From IMG/VR virus record IMGVR_UViG_3300004481_001615: a stretch of DNA of 64,000 bases; one strand, 5' to 3'. A program made the translations under genes and the position numbers. Of this stretch, positions 8,096-17,069 are shown piece by piece; the stretch's first letter is position 1; each line of letters opens with the position of its first letter. This stretch comes from a virus. Its lineage: Duplodnaviria; Heunggongvirae; Uroviricota; Caudoviricetes. The notes under the pieces were generated by a model. It was not told the DNA's origin. It saw nothing but the letters and a program-made list of their open reading frames with translations, and ran no database searches.

Positions 8096-10397
8096 CCTTG
8101 TATCCCTCCACATGGTCCCATGATATACCAACAGAAGCGAGTATGCGCTCGAGTGGTGACCTGAGTGTTCGATTGATAATCCAGTCATAATCTGGAACAA
8201 CCCCACGGGACGTTACTGCACTTTGCTCAAGATAAGACACCCACTCATTATGAGGTAATGAACCTGTGGATTTTGCTTTGAAATACCGGACTAAATCTCC
8301 TGGGATTATTGATTCCCCAATATACATGTTGTTCCATATTGCACCATTGTAATATTCACCAGAGACTTTCTTCTCGGTAAATGGTTGAGAAAGGTTTATA
8401 GGTATTGTAATGTCATCTAATGAATATTTGTTACTTTTTATAGAATCCATTATAGTCTTGATTTTTGTTGTCAACTCTGTGATGTTATCCATCAATATAT
8501 CATCAATCACTTCCTTTTGTAACTTACGGGTAACCTCAGATGTATTACCCCTCACATACTCGAACCCCTTAACTAGGATGTAATCACAGGGTTCTCCTCC
8601 CTCCCTGACAATCCTCTGACCGTAACGCTTTTTAGCTCCCACACCTGTCCCCTTCTTTTCGATAAAGAGTGTTGTCTTTGCGAACCGGTCCTCTTTGATA
8701 TGGAAGCGAGAATCTACTATACCCTTCTCTCCTGCCCAGATAGATAACTCATCATTGACTTCGTCAACAAGATTATCAACCTCATCTGGCTTGCTGTGTA
8801 TTAAGATTGAATCTGTATCACCATAGATTGTCTTGTGTCCTATCTTGAGTGCACGACTCCTTACTCGGTCTAATCCCTCCGCACCCGTTCTCAGAACAAA
8901 ATCTCCTCTCTCTTTGCTGTAGATTCGTGAACCCGAGTAAGCAAAGTATCCCCACGCACCTGAGAGGAAGTGCTTGACAACGGTCTGGGTGAGCTTGACT
9001 GTATTGTACTCTTGCGTACCGGGAGTATGCTTTTTCAGTTCTGCATCCCACTTATCACGTTCCGCTGATAGGTATGAGATTACTGCCGGTGCTAGTTTTC
9101 CCCAGATGTCGGGTGATGTCTCTTTCGGGAATGACAAGAGGATTGATGGGTAGTAACGTGACATGTCTAGTACGGTGATATCTCGATAAATCCCAGCATC
9201 AGGAGTGAAGACAACAGCACCCTCGTCCAGACCACTATCATCCTCAGCAGTTCCACTCATTGGGAGTGTGAACCCGAGTTGATGTGCCATACGCAACCAG
9301 AGCGGGTCATGACGTTTGACATGAGATGTTGTATAGTTGATTGTATGCAGACCAACAAAATTACGCTGAGCCCAGAAGTTACTGATTAAGTCGTATTGTA
9401 TCCATTTACCATCTGTCACTCGTTTAAAACCAGTATCAAGTTTTACACAATACTCAACATCCTTTTTATTGTAGAGGATAAAGTCATCCCGAGTATTCCG
9501 ATTATTATACATTTCTACTTTAAAGAACTCTGATACCATATCCTCTGAATGGAGTATCCCTTCACGAACAACAACCTCTTTAAGCCTGTTGCCCAGTGAG
9601 CCTCTGATTTTTCTATACGCCTCGAGGAGGTCAAAGACCTCACCCGACTCCCCAACGGGGATGTGCTTGTGGAAATTCGAGTTTGCCCACGCCTCTAGGT
9701 AGTTAATATCAAACTCAATATTCCAACCAGTGACAATATCTGGGTTCATATAATTGAGATACTCAATCACCTTACCCAGAAGATGTGTAGGTGTAGGAAC
9801 ATGCATAATAATCCAGTCTGGTAGTGGGTTCATTACAACCTCTTTTATGACTCTATCATCCGCACATATTGTCAAATACCTTTTATGGAAGGAATCAAAG
9901 AACGAAACAGATACAACGGGTGCTGTTGGGTTACGTGCGTTAGGGAATCTACCCTGCGTTTTAACCTCGATATCCATGTAGATGACATGGGGCAGTATTA
10001 CCTTGTTAACGGGTTCAAGTAGATTATAAGGAATAATCCTCGATTGAGAATCGGTCTTAAAGCACGAGAGGATTCCTGTGTCAATTAGGAACCGTTGGAT
10101 GAAATTGATATCCGCCTCATGTGCTGATGTGAACCTACCACGATTATCACGGACTTTTAGTGGGTCAGTTACAACTATTTTCTGGTCGAAGGAACCATCC
10201 ATAAATTTGTACCTATCTGAAATAACCGGTACAACCCATGGTTCTGCTGGTACTGTATCTGACTCGGGAACATACATATAGGGTTCGAAACCCGTGATGT
10301 ATAGGAGTTGTTTTTTGTACTCTTCATCACGTACCCACATATCGATATTCTGGGACGTACCATTGTAGTTTGCTGTGATATATTGGTATGTGGGCAT
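8073..10397 (-). CDS. polB: family B DNA polymerase
   Basis: Exo I YMDIEV, Exo II YNKKDVEY, Pol A DMSRYYPSI and Pol C YGDTDS. 774 aa. Confidence 0.9.
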   Translation of the reverse strand: MPTYQYITANYNGTSQNIDMWVRDEEYKKQLLYITGFEPYMYVPESDTVPAEPWVVPVISDRYKFMDGSFDQKIVVTDPLKVRDNRGRFTSAHEADINFIQRFLIDTGILSCFKTDSQSRIIPYNLLEPVNKVILPHVIYMDIEVKTQGRFPNARNPTAPVVSVSFFDSFHKRYLTICADDRVIKEVVMNPLPDWIIMHVPTPTHLLGKVIEYLNYMNPDIVTGWNIEFDINYLEAWANSNFHKHIPVGESGEVFDLLEAYRKIRGSLGNRLKEVVVREGILHSEDMVSEFFKVEMYNNRNTRDDFILYNKKDVEYCVKLDTGFKRVTDGKWIQYDLISNFWAQRNFVGLHTINYTTSHVKRHDPLWLRMAHQLGFTLPMSGTAEDDSGLDEGAVVFTPDAGIYRDITVLDMSRYYPSILLSFPKETSPDIWGKLAPAVISYLSAERDKWDAELKKHTPGTQEYNTVKLTQTVVKHFLSGAWGYFAYSGSRIYSKERGDFVLRTGAEGLDRVRSRALKIGHKTIYGDTDSILIHSKPDEVDNLVDEVNDELSIWAGEKGIVDSRFHIKEDRFAKTTLFIEKKGTGVGAKKRYGQRIVREGGEPCDYILVKGFEYVRGNTSEVTRKLQKEVIDDILMDNITELTTKIKTIMDSIKSNKYSLDDITIPINLSQPFTEKKVSGEYYNGAIWNNMYIGESIIPGDLVRYFKAKSTGSLPHNEWVSYLEQSAVTSRGVVPDYDWIINRTLRSPLERILASVGISWDHVEGYKDVDDLFR

Positions 10398-10667
10398 TTA
10401 CTGTGCCCTCTCAGTGTCCCAGACATACCGCTCGACAGAGTAGGTATTGATGTTAGCAGACTTTAGATAGTTTATTACTACTCCTTCGTGGTCGTAGATG
10501 AGTTCTATGTACGCTGTCTTTAGGTTCTTTGTGCTTTTTGTTGGTGTTACAACTAACATCTCTATCGGTGCTCTGACTAGATAAGCCTCGTAATTTGCTG
10601 GTTTGCAATTAGCTTTTATCCATTTTGTGAACATTTCTGTGTCAACAAATTCTATTCTTGCCATCAT
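10398..10667 (-). CDS. hypothetical protein (89 aa)
   Basis: Strong AGGGAGGTGAT Shine-Dalgarno upstream. ATG overlaps the preceding stop as ATGA. Confidence 0.45.
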   Translation of the reverse strand: MMARIEFVDTEMFTKWIKANCKPANYEAYLVRAPIEMLVVTPTKSTKNLKTAYIELIYDHEGVVINYLKSANINTYSVERYVWDTERAQ

Positions 10668-10810
10668 ATCACCTCCCTATAGTGTGCTGTCACTAAACAG
10701 AAAATCCCACCTATAAGGAGGGCAGACCCTAGACCACCAACAATCAAGATTGATATCGTGATTGCTCCACCACCAGCATACCACAATGTTCTTTTTGTGA
10801 TTTTTACCAT
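10664..10810 (-). CDS. small TM micro-protein (48 aa)
   Basis: Hand-verified codon by codon: MVKITKRTLWYAGGGAITISILIVGGLGSALLIGGIFCLVTAHYREVI. Start overlaps the TPM stop (ATGGTAA) and stop overlaps the next start (ATGA). Confidence 0.35.
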   Translation of the reverse strand: MVKITKRTLWYAGGGAITISILIVGGLGSALLIGGIFCLVTAHYREVI

Positions 10811-11856
10811 TTACCAACGGCACCTCCACCGCCCGACGCTCCACCACCAAAACTCCCGCCACTCGAGTGACCACCACCCGAGTAATCAGAAGAACTCCTA
10901 CTTCTCTCTCGTCGTCTACGTACCTCTTGTTCCCTCTGTCTCTGTCTCTGCCTCTCTTCTTCCTCTTCCCTTTTCTTTCGTAATATCCTATCTTGGACTG
11001 TCTCTATGAGTCTTCGACCGCTAATCGTTTCCATAGTATTCCCACATTTTAGGCATCGCCAATATGATAAGAATAGGAGAGTATACATTGTGCCTATAAG
11101 AACCTCTTTTGTCTTATCTTGGAGAACCTCACCCATCTGTACCTCCCCGCAGTGCTCACAGGACTGCTGACGTCTAGGATTGATGGGAACATCATACTCC
11201 TTTCTACTACTAATGAGTTCGTAGCTATTTTCTATTCTCATATTACCATTATGAATCAATACCAATACGACCGGAGAAGTTATAACAGCAAATCCCAATA
11301 GGTAGGTAAGGGGTTGTACCATCCAACCAAAATCTAAGACTGGCAATACTGGATTGGGATTTGTCTGAGATGGAAAACCAATTTCCTTTGCGAGAGCGAC
11401 TACTGAATTATAGATGCCCTCACCTACCTTACCATCTTTGAGTTTTGGTGTGAGAATATCTCTACCAATCCTACCACACTCTGCGTCAGTGAGCTGACCT
11501 TCTAGACCGTAACCAACCTCAATACCCCACTCTCTTTCTGTCATTGCAATTAAGAGTAAAATACCATTATCTTTATCCGCTTTACCTATACCTGCGACAC
11601 CATCAAGTGGTACATCATTGAAGTATGATAGTTTTGTTTCTTCCATTGTCCTATTACCCATGTTCGTGAGAGTTATACAGACAATCTCCGCTGTTGTATT
11701 TGAATCTACCACAAAAGAGAAATCATCAATCGCCATTTCCCATTCAGAGTCAATGACATCTGCGTTGTCGTAGACATAATGAGGCCTGGTTGAGTTAGTT
11801 ATGGGTAAAGATAGAAGAAATAATATGGTAAGCAATAACCATTTTGATATCTTCAT
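10804..11856 (-). CDS. TPM-domain (TLP18.3/DUF477) protein with a Zn ribbon and a Gly/Arg-rich tail
   Basis: Signal peptide, then GILLLIAMTEREWGIEVGYGLEGQLTD (TPM signature), a CEHCGEV...CLKCGN ribbon and a GGGASGGGG tail. Confidence 0.6.
   Translation of the reverse strand: MKISKWLLLTILFLLSLPITNSTRPHYVYDNADVIDSEWEMAIDDFSFVVDSNTTAEIVCITLTNMGNRTMEETKLSYFNDVPLDGVAGIGKADKDNGILLLIAMTEREWGIEVGYGLEGQLTDAECGRIGRDILTPKLKDGKVGEGIYNSVVALAKEIGFPSQTNPNPVLPVLDFGWMVQPLTYLLGFAVITSPVVLVLIHNGNMRIENSYELISSRKEYDVPINPRRQQSCEHCGEVQMGEVLQDKTKEVLIGTMYTLLFLSYWRCLKCGNTMETISGRRLIETVQDRILRKKREEEEERQRQRQREQEVRRRRERSRSSSDYSGGGHSSGGSFGGGASGGGGAVGKW
10933..10957. repeat. (CTCTGT)n microsatellite encoding the RQRQRQ tract of the TPM protein
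   Basis: Direct hexamer repeats visible in the sequence. Confidence 0.6.
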
Positions 11857-12468
11857 CTAACCTACCACCACGGGTGGGTTTGTCTGAGACTCGTTATTTG
11901 CTTGATAGTTGGGTTTTTGAGACATTCCATTCATACCAGCCACAATACTAGCTGGGAACATCTGGATAGCAGTGTTGTATGATTGAACTGACTCGATGTA
12001 TCGCATACGTGCTACGGCAACACGATTATTCGTTCCTGCTAGTTCATCCATCAATCCAAGTACAATTGTGTCACCATTGAGTTCTGGGTAGTTTTCTGTT
12101 GTGACAATTACGAGGAGACGACCCACAATATTGTCAAGTGCTCCCTGAGCTTCCATCTGTTCTGTCACTGGTTGAGAGAGAGACTTACCCCACTGTGAAC
12201 GTGCCTCTGCTATTGAGGTGAGGAGATTTGTTTCATAGTTGATATAGATTTTTGTGGCATTGACCAGACTTGGAATCAGGTCATATCGACGCTGGTACTG
12301 ATTCTGAACCTCAGACCACTTGGCCTCAACATCCACTTTCTTGGTTATGAGACCATTATAAGTCCCAAAATACCAACCAGCACCAATACCTGCTGTGATT
12401 ATTATACCTACCATGAAACCAATTAGGATTATTTTACCATCCATTTTAGATGCCCTTCTTATTACCAT
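11857..12468 (-). CDS. lemA: LemA family protein
   Basis: N-terminal TM helix and WSEVQNQYQRRYDLIPSLV, which resembles the LemA signature. Paired with a TPM gene, as is typical. Confidence 0.6.
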   Translation of the reverse strand: MVIRRASKMDGKIILIGFMVGIIITAGIGAGWYFGTYNGLITKKVDVEAKWSEVQNQYQRRYDLIPSLVNATKIYINYETNLLTSIAEARSQWGKSLSQPVTEQMEAQGALDNIVGRLLVIVTTENYPELNGDTIVLGLMDELAGTNNRVAVARMRYIESVQSYNTAIQMFPASIVAGMNGMSQKPNYQANNESQTNPPVVVG

Positions 12469-13159
12469 GAGCTATGACTTGCAAACGTGCCGAGAGATTG
12501 AAACCATACTTGACACAATCTTTCCATATTGATGGTAGGAGAGTTATACATCTTTCTGATGTTGTGCATTCTGGCATAAGCCAAACACGGTCTGGTCGTA
12601 TGCCATTGTTTTGGCAGAACACGATAACCTCTTTTGTGTCCTCATCAGTAGCGACAACAAACTTCCAATTAATGTTATACCTGTAATTGTAGTTGTTTAT
12701 CATCATATTGGAATAAAGGAACCAATCTGGGTGAACAGTAGTATCACGAACGACGACATCTTCTTTAGATTGAGAGTTTGAGAGTTTTGGCGAAATGTTG
12801 ATTTCCCAGTGCTTCAATATATCGGGCACCCATTTAAGACCCAATAATGAAATTGTACCGTTTGTTTCCATGGCATACCTAGTTCCACTTGCAGAACCCA
12901 GCATAAAATCCCAGATTTCGCCCTTTTGTAGTAGTGGTTCTCCACCCGTGAAGACAATCATATCACCTGTCTTAAATCCGAGCGAAGAAAGTTTATCTTT
13001 TAGTTCCTGCATGGTATAGTCCGTTCCACCTGACCAGCTGTACTTTGTATCACACCACTTACAAGCTAGGTTACAACCAGCTAATCGAACAAAATAGGCG
13101 ACACGGCCCGTCGATGGACCCTCACCTTGGATTGATTTAAAAACCTCAACTACTTTCAT
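12446..13159 (-). CDS. queE: 7-carboxy-7-deazaguanine synthase (radical SAM)
   Basis: FVRLAGCNLACKWCDTKYSW matches the QueE CxxxCxxCD cluster-binding motif. Confidence 0.7.
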   Translation of the reverse strand: MKVVEVFKSIQGEGPSTGRVAYFVRLAGCNLACKWCDTKYSWSGGTDYTMQELKDKLSSLGFKTGDMIVFTGGEPLLQKGEIWDFMLGSASGTRYAMETNGTISLLGLKWVPDILKHWEINISPKLSNSQSKEDVVVRDTTVHPDWFLYSNMMINNYNYRYNINWKFVVATDEDTKEVIVFCQNNGIRPDRVWLMPECTTSERCITLLPSIWKDCVKYGFNLSARLQVIAHGNKKGI

Positions 13160-13572
13160 ATACTCACTCCCTGATTGTCTCCCTCATAGATTGTAAAGTG
13201 AACACATTCTTCATCTAAATCAAATTTTGTCGCTAGCTCTCTTTTTATGGTCATAGCAATCTCTTCCACACTTGTGTTTTCTATAGATTTGATATCAAGT
13301 ACACATTCATTAGCGACTAAAATTTTGGCCTTTTGCCAGATATGTTCGTGCCTAGTTGGCACTAGAAGTATGTGGTCCCAATTCTCTTTGAAATAGGCTT
13401 TTATCTCGCCTAGGTCGATACAATAACCTGTCTCTTTATCCATAGTCTCATTTGTTATGTCTATTTTTAGTTTTTTAATGAAATATGTATGCCCATGAAG
13501 TCTCCCACACTTGGGATGGCTGGGGATGTAATGAGACAGGTCAATTGTTATTTTATTAAGCTTGAGGAGCAT
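13156..13572 (-). CDS. queD: 6-carboxy-5,6,7,8-tetrahydropterin synthase
   Basis: 138 aa with CGRLHGHTY, the QueD/PTPS CxxxHGH motif. Overlaps queE by 4 nt. Confidence 0.65.
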   Translation of the reverse strand: MLLKLNKITIDLSHYIPSHPKCGRLHGHTYFIKKLKIDITNETMDKETGYCIDLGEIKAYFKENWDHILLVPTRHEHIWQKAKILVANECVLDIKSIENTSVEEIAMTIKRELATKFDLDEECVHFTIYEGDNQGVSI

Positions 13573-13870
13573 TTACAACCAACTCTCCATCTACTAACCG
13601 ATTATATGAGTCTGAGATTGAATCGGACAGACCCACATGGAAATCTTTGGCCGAGAACCCACACTTGGAACATTTGAATGAGTAGAAGTTCTGTTTTGAC
13701 TGTTCCTTACCCTGACCAATGAGCCTAAATCGTTTTTGACCATGAAGGGTAGGATAATGACATGTCGGGCAGAGAAACGGTCCCTTTGTCATGTCTTTGA
13801 TTTGTTTCCGCTTATTGCGGGTTATCGAATCTCGAACGAGGTCGAGAGAAGTCTTATTACGTTTCACCAT
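13556..13870 (-). CDS. zinc-ribbon protein (104 aa)
   Basis: CPTCHYP...CSKCGF. First gene downstream of the promoter at 13893. Confidence 0.4.
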   Translation of the reverse strand: MVKRNKTSLDLVRDSITRNKRKQIKDMTKGPFLCPTCHYPTLHGQKRFRLIGQGKEQSKQNFYSFKCSKCGFSAKDFHVGLSDSISDSYNRLVDGELVVNAPQA

Positions 13871-13892
13871 AGATTAAAAGAGAACAATCATA

Positions 13893-13908
13893 TTTATAAA
13901 TGTTATGA
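13893..13908 (-). promoter_or_regulatory. promoter motif copy (TTTATAAATGTTATGA)
   Basis: 23 nt upstream of the ATG at 13870. No further motif copy until 7210, which implies a roughly 6.6-kb operon. Confidence 0.6.
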
Positions 13909-14136
13909 TTTCTTTTTAATATACTTTTTCCCATGACCCCATACATGATAACGGATACCGTGGGGTGACATATAAGACATTACCTCTAAAATTTTCCACT
14001 CTCTTCGATGGTCATATTTCCAACCCTTTGCATCACTCTCTCTCGAAGAGTCGTACAGAAGGGTATACATAAGGTCTGGGAAGTCAAAGAGCTTCGCTCG
14101 TCTTCCATTCCTGATTGATATACCTTTCCTCCCCAT
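13903..14136 (-). CDS. hypothetical protein (77 aa)
   Basis: Track ORF. Confidence 0.35.
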   Translation of the reverse strand: MGRKGISIRNGRRAKLFDFPDLMYTLLYDSSRESDAKGWKYDHRREWKILEVMSYMSPHGIRYHVWGHGKKYIKKKS

Positions 14137-14337
14137 CTACTTCGAACGCCTCTTATATTCTCGGGATGTATCTCTTAACTTTTTATTGAGCTCTTTTACT
14201 CGTTTCTTGTCATTATCTATACGAAACTGCAGTGTTTCTATCTCTTCCAGATACTGCCCAATAAAATATTTTAAGTCACGTACTGTTGTATATGAAAGTG
14301 GATTAAACTTTTTCACTGCCACTCCTTTTTTAACCAT
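14137..14337 (-). CDS. hypothetical coiled-coil protein (66 aa)
   Basis: Track ORF. Promoter motif 26 nt upstream. Confidence 0.4.
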   Translation of the reverse strand: MVKKGVAVKKFNPLSYTTVRDLKYFIGQYLEEIETLQFRIDNDKKRVKELNKKLRDTSREYKRRSK

Positions 14338-14361
14338 GATAGAATAATATGTCTTTAAATA

Positions 14362-14378
14362 TTTAAATGTTATGAGAA
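14362..14378 (-). promoter_or_regulatory. promoter motif copy (TTTAAATGTTATGAGAA)
   Basis: Motif family member. Confidence 0.6.
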
Positions 14379-14421
14379 AAAATCGTCTTCAACTCTCAAT
14401 AGAAGAAGCTACAACCATATT

Positions 14422-14712
14422 TTAGGTCAACACCACGAGCACCCCTCGTTCTAACAGTTTCACAGAGGAATCTACAATAAAAAATTCACGCACAAACCCA
14501 TCATAGGTACTATTTTCTTTTAAGTATTCACGTACATGTTCCTTTGCATCTACCATACTATATGCAATCACATAGAAAATGTATTTTTTATCGCCGAATC
14601 CTCTGTTGTACATTAGTTTGTAAAGATGATGTTCCTTTCCTCCTTCACCAATTAATTTTATTTCGCTCACATTACTCACCTCCATATGGTTCTGTGAGTT
14701 TGTTAAATGCAT
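14422..14712 (-). CDS. hypothetical protein (96 aa)
   Basis: Track ORF. Confidence 0.4.
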   Translation of the reverse strand: MHLTNSQNHMEVSNVSEIKLIGEGGKEHHLYKLMYNRGFGDKKYIFYVIAYSMVDAKEHVREYLKENSTYDGFVREFFIVDSSVKLLERGVLVVLT

Positions 14713-14947
14713 CGAGTAATTTATCTAAAGTCCCAGTTGTAATGTAGACCCATGTTGCTTCACCCTCTGGAACGCCCTTTGTCTTTAACCATCTAAGAGA
14801 GTGTATTTCTCTACTGTTTTTCACTATGCGGATTTTTTGCCCTTTTAACCACGTTCTAACAGCTACTCCCTCATGAACAATGGTAAAATATCCCATCCCA
14901 AACTCTGTCCTCATTTTAACTGCGTTTGTTGGTTGTTTTTTGCTCAC
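14672..14947 (-). CDS. hypothetical protein (91 aa)
   Basis: Track ORF. Confidence 0.4.
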   Translation of the reverse strand: MSKKQPTNAVKMRTEFGMGYFTIVHEGVAVRTWLKGQKIRIVKNSREIHSLRWLKTKGVPEGEATWVYITTGTLDKLLDAFNKLTEPYGGE

Positions 14948-15147
14948 TTTTTATTCACTCTTTTAACTCTATTTTTGGTATGAAAATCTAATAAAGCATT
15001 ACTTATTTTATTTTTAATCATTTCCTTATCACTCTCATTTCCAGTTATAAAATAGGATTTAAATTCAGATTCAAGTTCTAAAAATAATCCTTCGGCAAAT
15101 GGACTAGCTAACTCTAATTGTCTATTAATATATTTTTCAAAGCTCAT
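14944..15147 (-). CDS. hypothetical protein (67 aa)
   Basis: Track ORF with a 4-nt overlap to its neighbour. Confidence 0.4.
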   Translation of the reverse strand: MSFEKYINRQLELASPFAEGLFLELESEFKSYFITGNESDKEMIKNKISNALLDFHTKNRVKRVNKK

Positions 15148-15509
15148 TTTTCATTTACCTTCAACCACTCAATTCTTGGTAACCAAGTCTTGATAAATTC
15201 TGGGACATCATTATTCATATGCTTAATTGTTATCCAATCCATTATGTCTTTTAAAAGCTTCAAATCTACAGCCTTCCCATACTGGCACTTTCTACAATTT
15301 CTTATTACTGGCACATTGAGTTCCCTGCAAAAACCCTGTATAGCTACTCTTGCGCTGTGGCTTTCAGTCATAATGTGACCACATTCTAAAATATACCAGT
15401 AGGTTCTTGGATTGCCCTGCTGGGTTAGGTCCCAAGTTGATGGGATAATGGTGATTACTTTACTTTTAACTAATTTTGGTTGTGATTTAAAATTACTCAT
15501 TCTCGCCAC
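15144..15509 (-). CDS. hypothetical Cys-rich protein (121 aa)
   Basis: CGHIM...C...CRKCQYGK. Confidence 0.4.
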   Translation of the reverse strand: MARMSNFKSQPKLVKSKVITIIPSTWDLTQQGNPRTYWYILECGHIMTESHSARVAIQGFCRELNVPVIRNCRKCQYGKAVDLKLLKDIMDWITIKHMNNDVPEFIKTWLPRIEWLKVNEK

Positions 15510-15712
15510 ATCTCCGTGTACTTTCCTAATTTTATGGTGTTTTGTATCAATTCAGTAGCCTCCTTTGGGGTGTACCAATGGTCATCAATCAGGTGTAATT
15601 CTACTTCAGCTATTGCTTTTTCTACATCTGGATTGTTATCAATATCATACTTCTTGCCATGCCAATGACATACTTTACCTAACGGACACGTAATCCAAAA
15701 CATCATTGTCAT
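15497..15712 (-). CDS. hypothetical protein (about 72 aa, start revised)
   Basis: The track ORF extends into the upstream gene in another frame. The internal MTMMFW start carries an AGGAGGG Shine-Dalgarno and overlaps the upstream stop as ATGA. Confidence 0.4.
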   Translation of the reverse strand: MTMMFWITCPLGKVCHWHGKKYDIDNNPDVEKAIAEVELHLIDDHWYTPKEATELIQNTIKLGKYTEMWRE

Positions 15713-16218
15713 TGCTCTTCCCTCCTGATGGCTTTGATTATATAGGTTCGACCACCAACTCTCCGACCATTGTTGGTGTACCCACCATATGTTACTTGAT
15801 AAGATGGAACATGACCTCGCCATACGCACTGTTCTGCATCCTGACGGTTCTCCCAGACTAGACCACAGACACACTTCCACATGTTCTTGATTACCTCGAC
15901 TTCGTGATAGCCGTCACCAATAGCACGGGGTTCCATTCTATAAACTGTCGCCTTCTCCATTCTCTTGACTTTTGGCGTCTTGAAAACTCCCTTTTCCCAG
16001 TCCCTGACTTCGTCCTCTGTTGTTTCACATTCATCTGAGAGGTCGGGTATTGTGACTACTGTCTTTGATAAATCGGTGCTCCCACAAACTGGGCACGAGA
16101 ACTCTTTTCTGTATAACATTCTATCAATCATTTCGATTGATTGAGGTGACGCTCCATAAGTATGGAAGTGACCGCACTGCCCACACACAACCCTCTGTAA
16201 TTCTATATCCATTACCAT
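15709..16218 (-). CDS. double zinc-ribbon protein
   Basis: CGQCGH...CPVCGS and CVCG...C. Start revised to ATG 16218 (MVMDIELQ), which sits about 30 nt downstream of the TATA. Confidence 0.45.
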   Translation of the reverse strand: MVMDIELQRVVCGQCGHFHTYGASPQSIEMIDRMLYRKEFSCPVCGSTDLSKTVVTIPDLSDECETTEDEVRDWEKGVFKTPKVKRMEKATVYRMEPRAIGDGYHEVEVIKNMWKCVCGLVWENRQDAEQCVWRGHVPSYQVTYGGYTNNGRRVGGRTYIIKAIRREEQ

Positions 16219-16247
16219 TCTACCTGATAGTATAATGGTCAATGACA

Positions 16248-16263
16248 TTTATAAATGTTATGG
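16248..16263 (-). promoter_or_regulatory. promoter motif variant (TTTATAAATGTTATGG) with downstream ACCTGATA element
   Basis: The TATA is 19 bp from the conserved tacctgata element at 16221-16229. Confidence 0.55.
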
Positions 16264-16421
16264 TTAGAGATTTATCTATAAATTCTCAGATTCTCAAATC
16301 GTCAAATCTCAACGGAGGAGATTTTTTTTTTTTTAAACTTATCCTAAAATAAACAGAGGGCTCTAGGTCACGAAGCAAACCAAACATAAATTCAATCTCA
16401 ATATTTATGCTTTTTATACTG

Positions 16422-16437
16422 TATATAAATGTTATGG
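16422..16437 (-). promoter_or_regulatory. promoter motif variant (TATATAAATGTTATGG) facing an ORF-free 160-bp region
   Basis: Motif family member with no ORF of 60 aa or more downstream before the next motif. Confidence 0.45.
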
Positions 16438-16716
16438 TTCTGTTATATCAGCCAACTCTGTAATGGGTAACCGTCGGTATTGGTAGCCATCATCCGACAC
16501 ATGCATTTTCAACCTCTCAGCGACCACCTTAAATATCTCTACAGCTTCCTTTGGGGTAGTTGCACGTATATATAGCGTAGAAATAATAACAGATGGATGA
16601 AAAGCATTTTTTGTACCCTTACTATTAATAACACTAAACTGCCAGATATCCTCGGACTTTGAGATACTTAAACCACTTCCAGCGGTGGGGTAATGACTCT
16701 CTGGTGGTTCACTCAT
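16432..16716 (-). CDS. hypothetical protein (94 aa)
   Basis: Track ORF. Confidence 0.4.
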   Translation of the reverse strand: MSEPPESHYPTAGSGLSISKSEDIWQFSVINSKGTKNAFHPSVIISTLYIRATTPKEAVEIFKVVAERLKMHVSDDGYQYRRLPITELADITEP

Positions 16717-17069
16717 GGTCTTTCACCCAACTTTTCTTTGATGAGTGTTTTTATATCTTCTAGCAACTGGTCCCTATCACCGGAGAACCTGAGTCTGTTC
16801 TCATCGGGGATGTGAGCAAACTCTGATTCTTTTTTGATTATCATATCTTCGATGTCGTTTATTATCTTCCAGAGTTTTTCGGAAACGTTCGGGTAGAACG
16901 TAGAGTAGAACCTTCTCCACTCCTCATCGGTGTGGTGCGTATTGAACCAGTGCCACATCTCTTTGTCGGAAATGAAGTTATAATGACTCCACTTCGCATA
17001 TCCTCGCATAGCCTCTGTCTCGGCACGGTCTGCTCTGATTCTTTTATCTGAGATAATTACTTCACTCAT
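16713..17069 (-). CDS. hypothetical protein (118 aa)
   Basis: Track ORF with a 4-nt overlap to folE. Confidence 0.4.
   Translation of the reverse strand: MSEVIISDKRIRADRAETEAMRGYAKWSHYNFISDKEMWHWFNTHHTDEEWRRFYSTFYPNVSEKLWKIINDIEDMIIKKESEFAHIPDENRLRFSGDRDQLLEDIKTLIKEKLGERP

Noticed and set aside
8818-9051. Same-strand nested ORFs inside larger genes
   Set aside because: These lie entirely within well-supported longer genes (polB, the radical-SAM gene, the DpdA-like gene, and others) in alternative frames. Their compositions are not protein-like. They are by-products of long AT-rich coding regions. The ORFs are 8818..9051, 20636..20830, 24114..24374, 28532..28777, 30882..31431, 31203..31412, 48382..48705 and 61349..61534.
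10677-11009. ORFs 10677..10877 (-) and 10758..11009 (+) overlapping the TPM gene tail
   Set aside because: They overlap the Gly/Arg-rich low-complexity tail and the (CTCTGT)n repeat of the TPM gene, so an open frame on any strand is expected there. The real neighbour is the 48-aa micro-ORF at 10664..10810.
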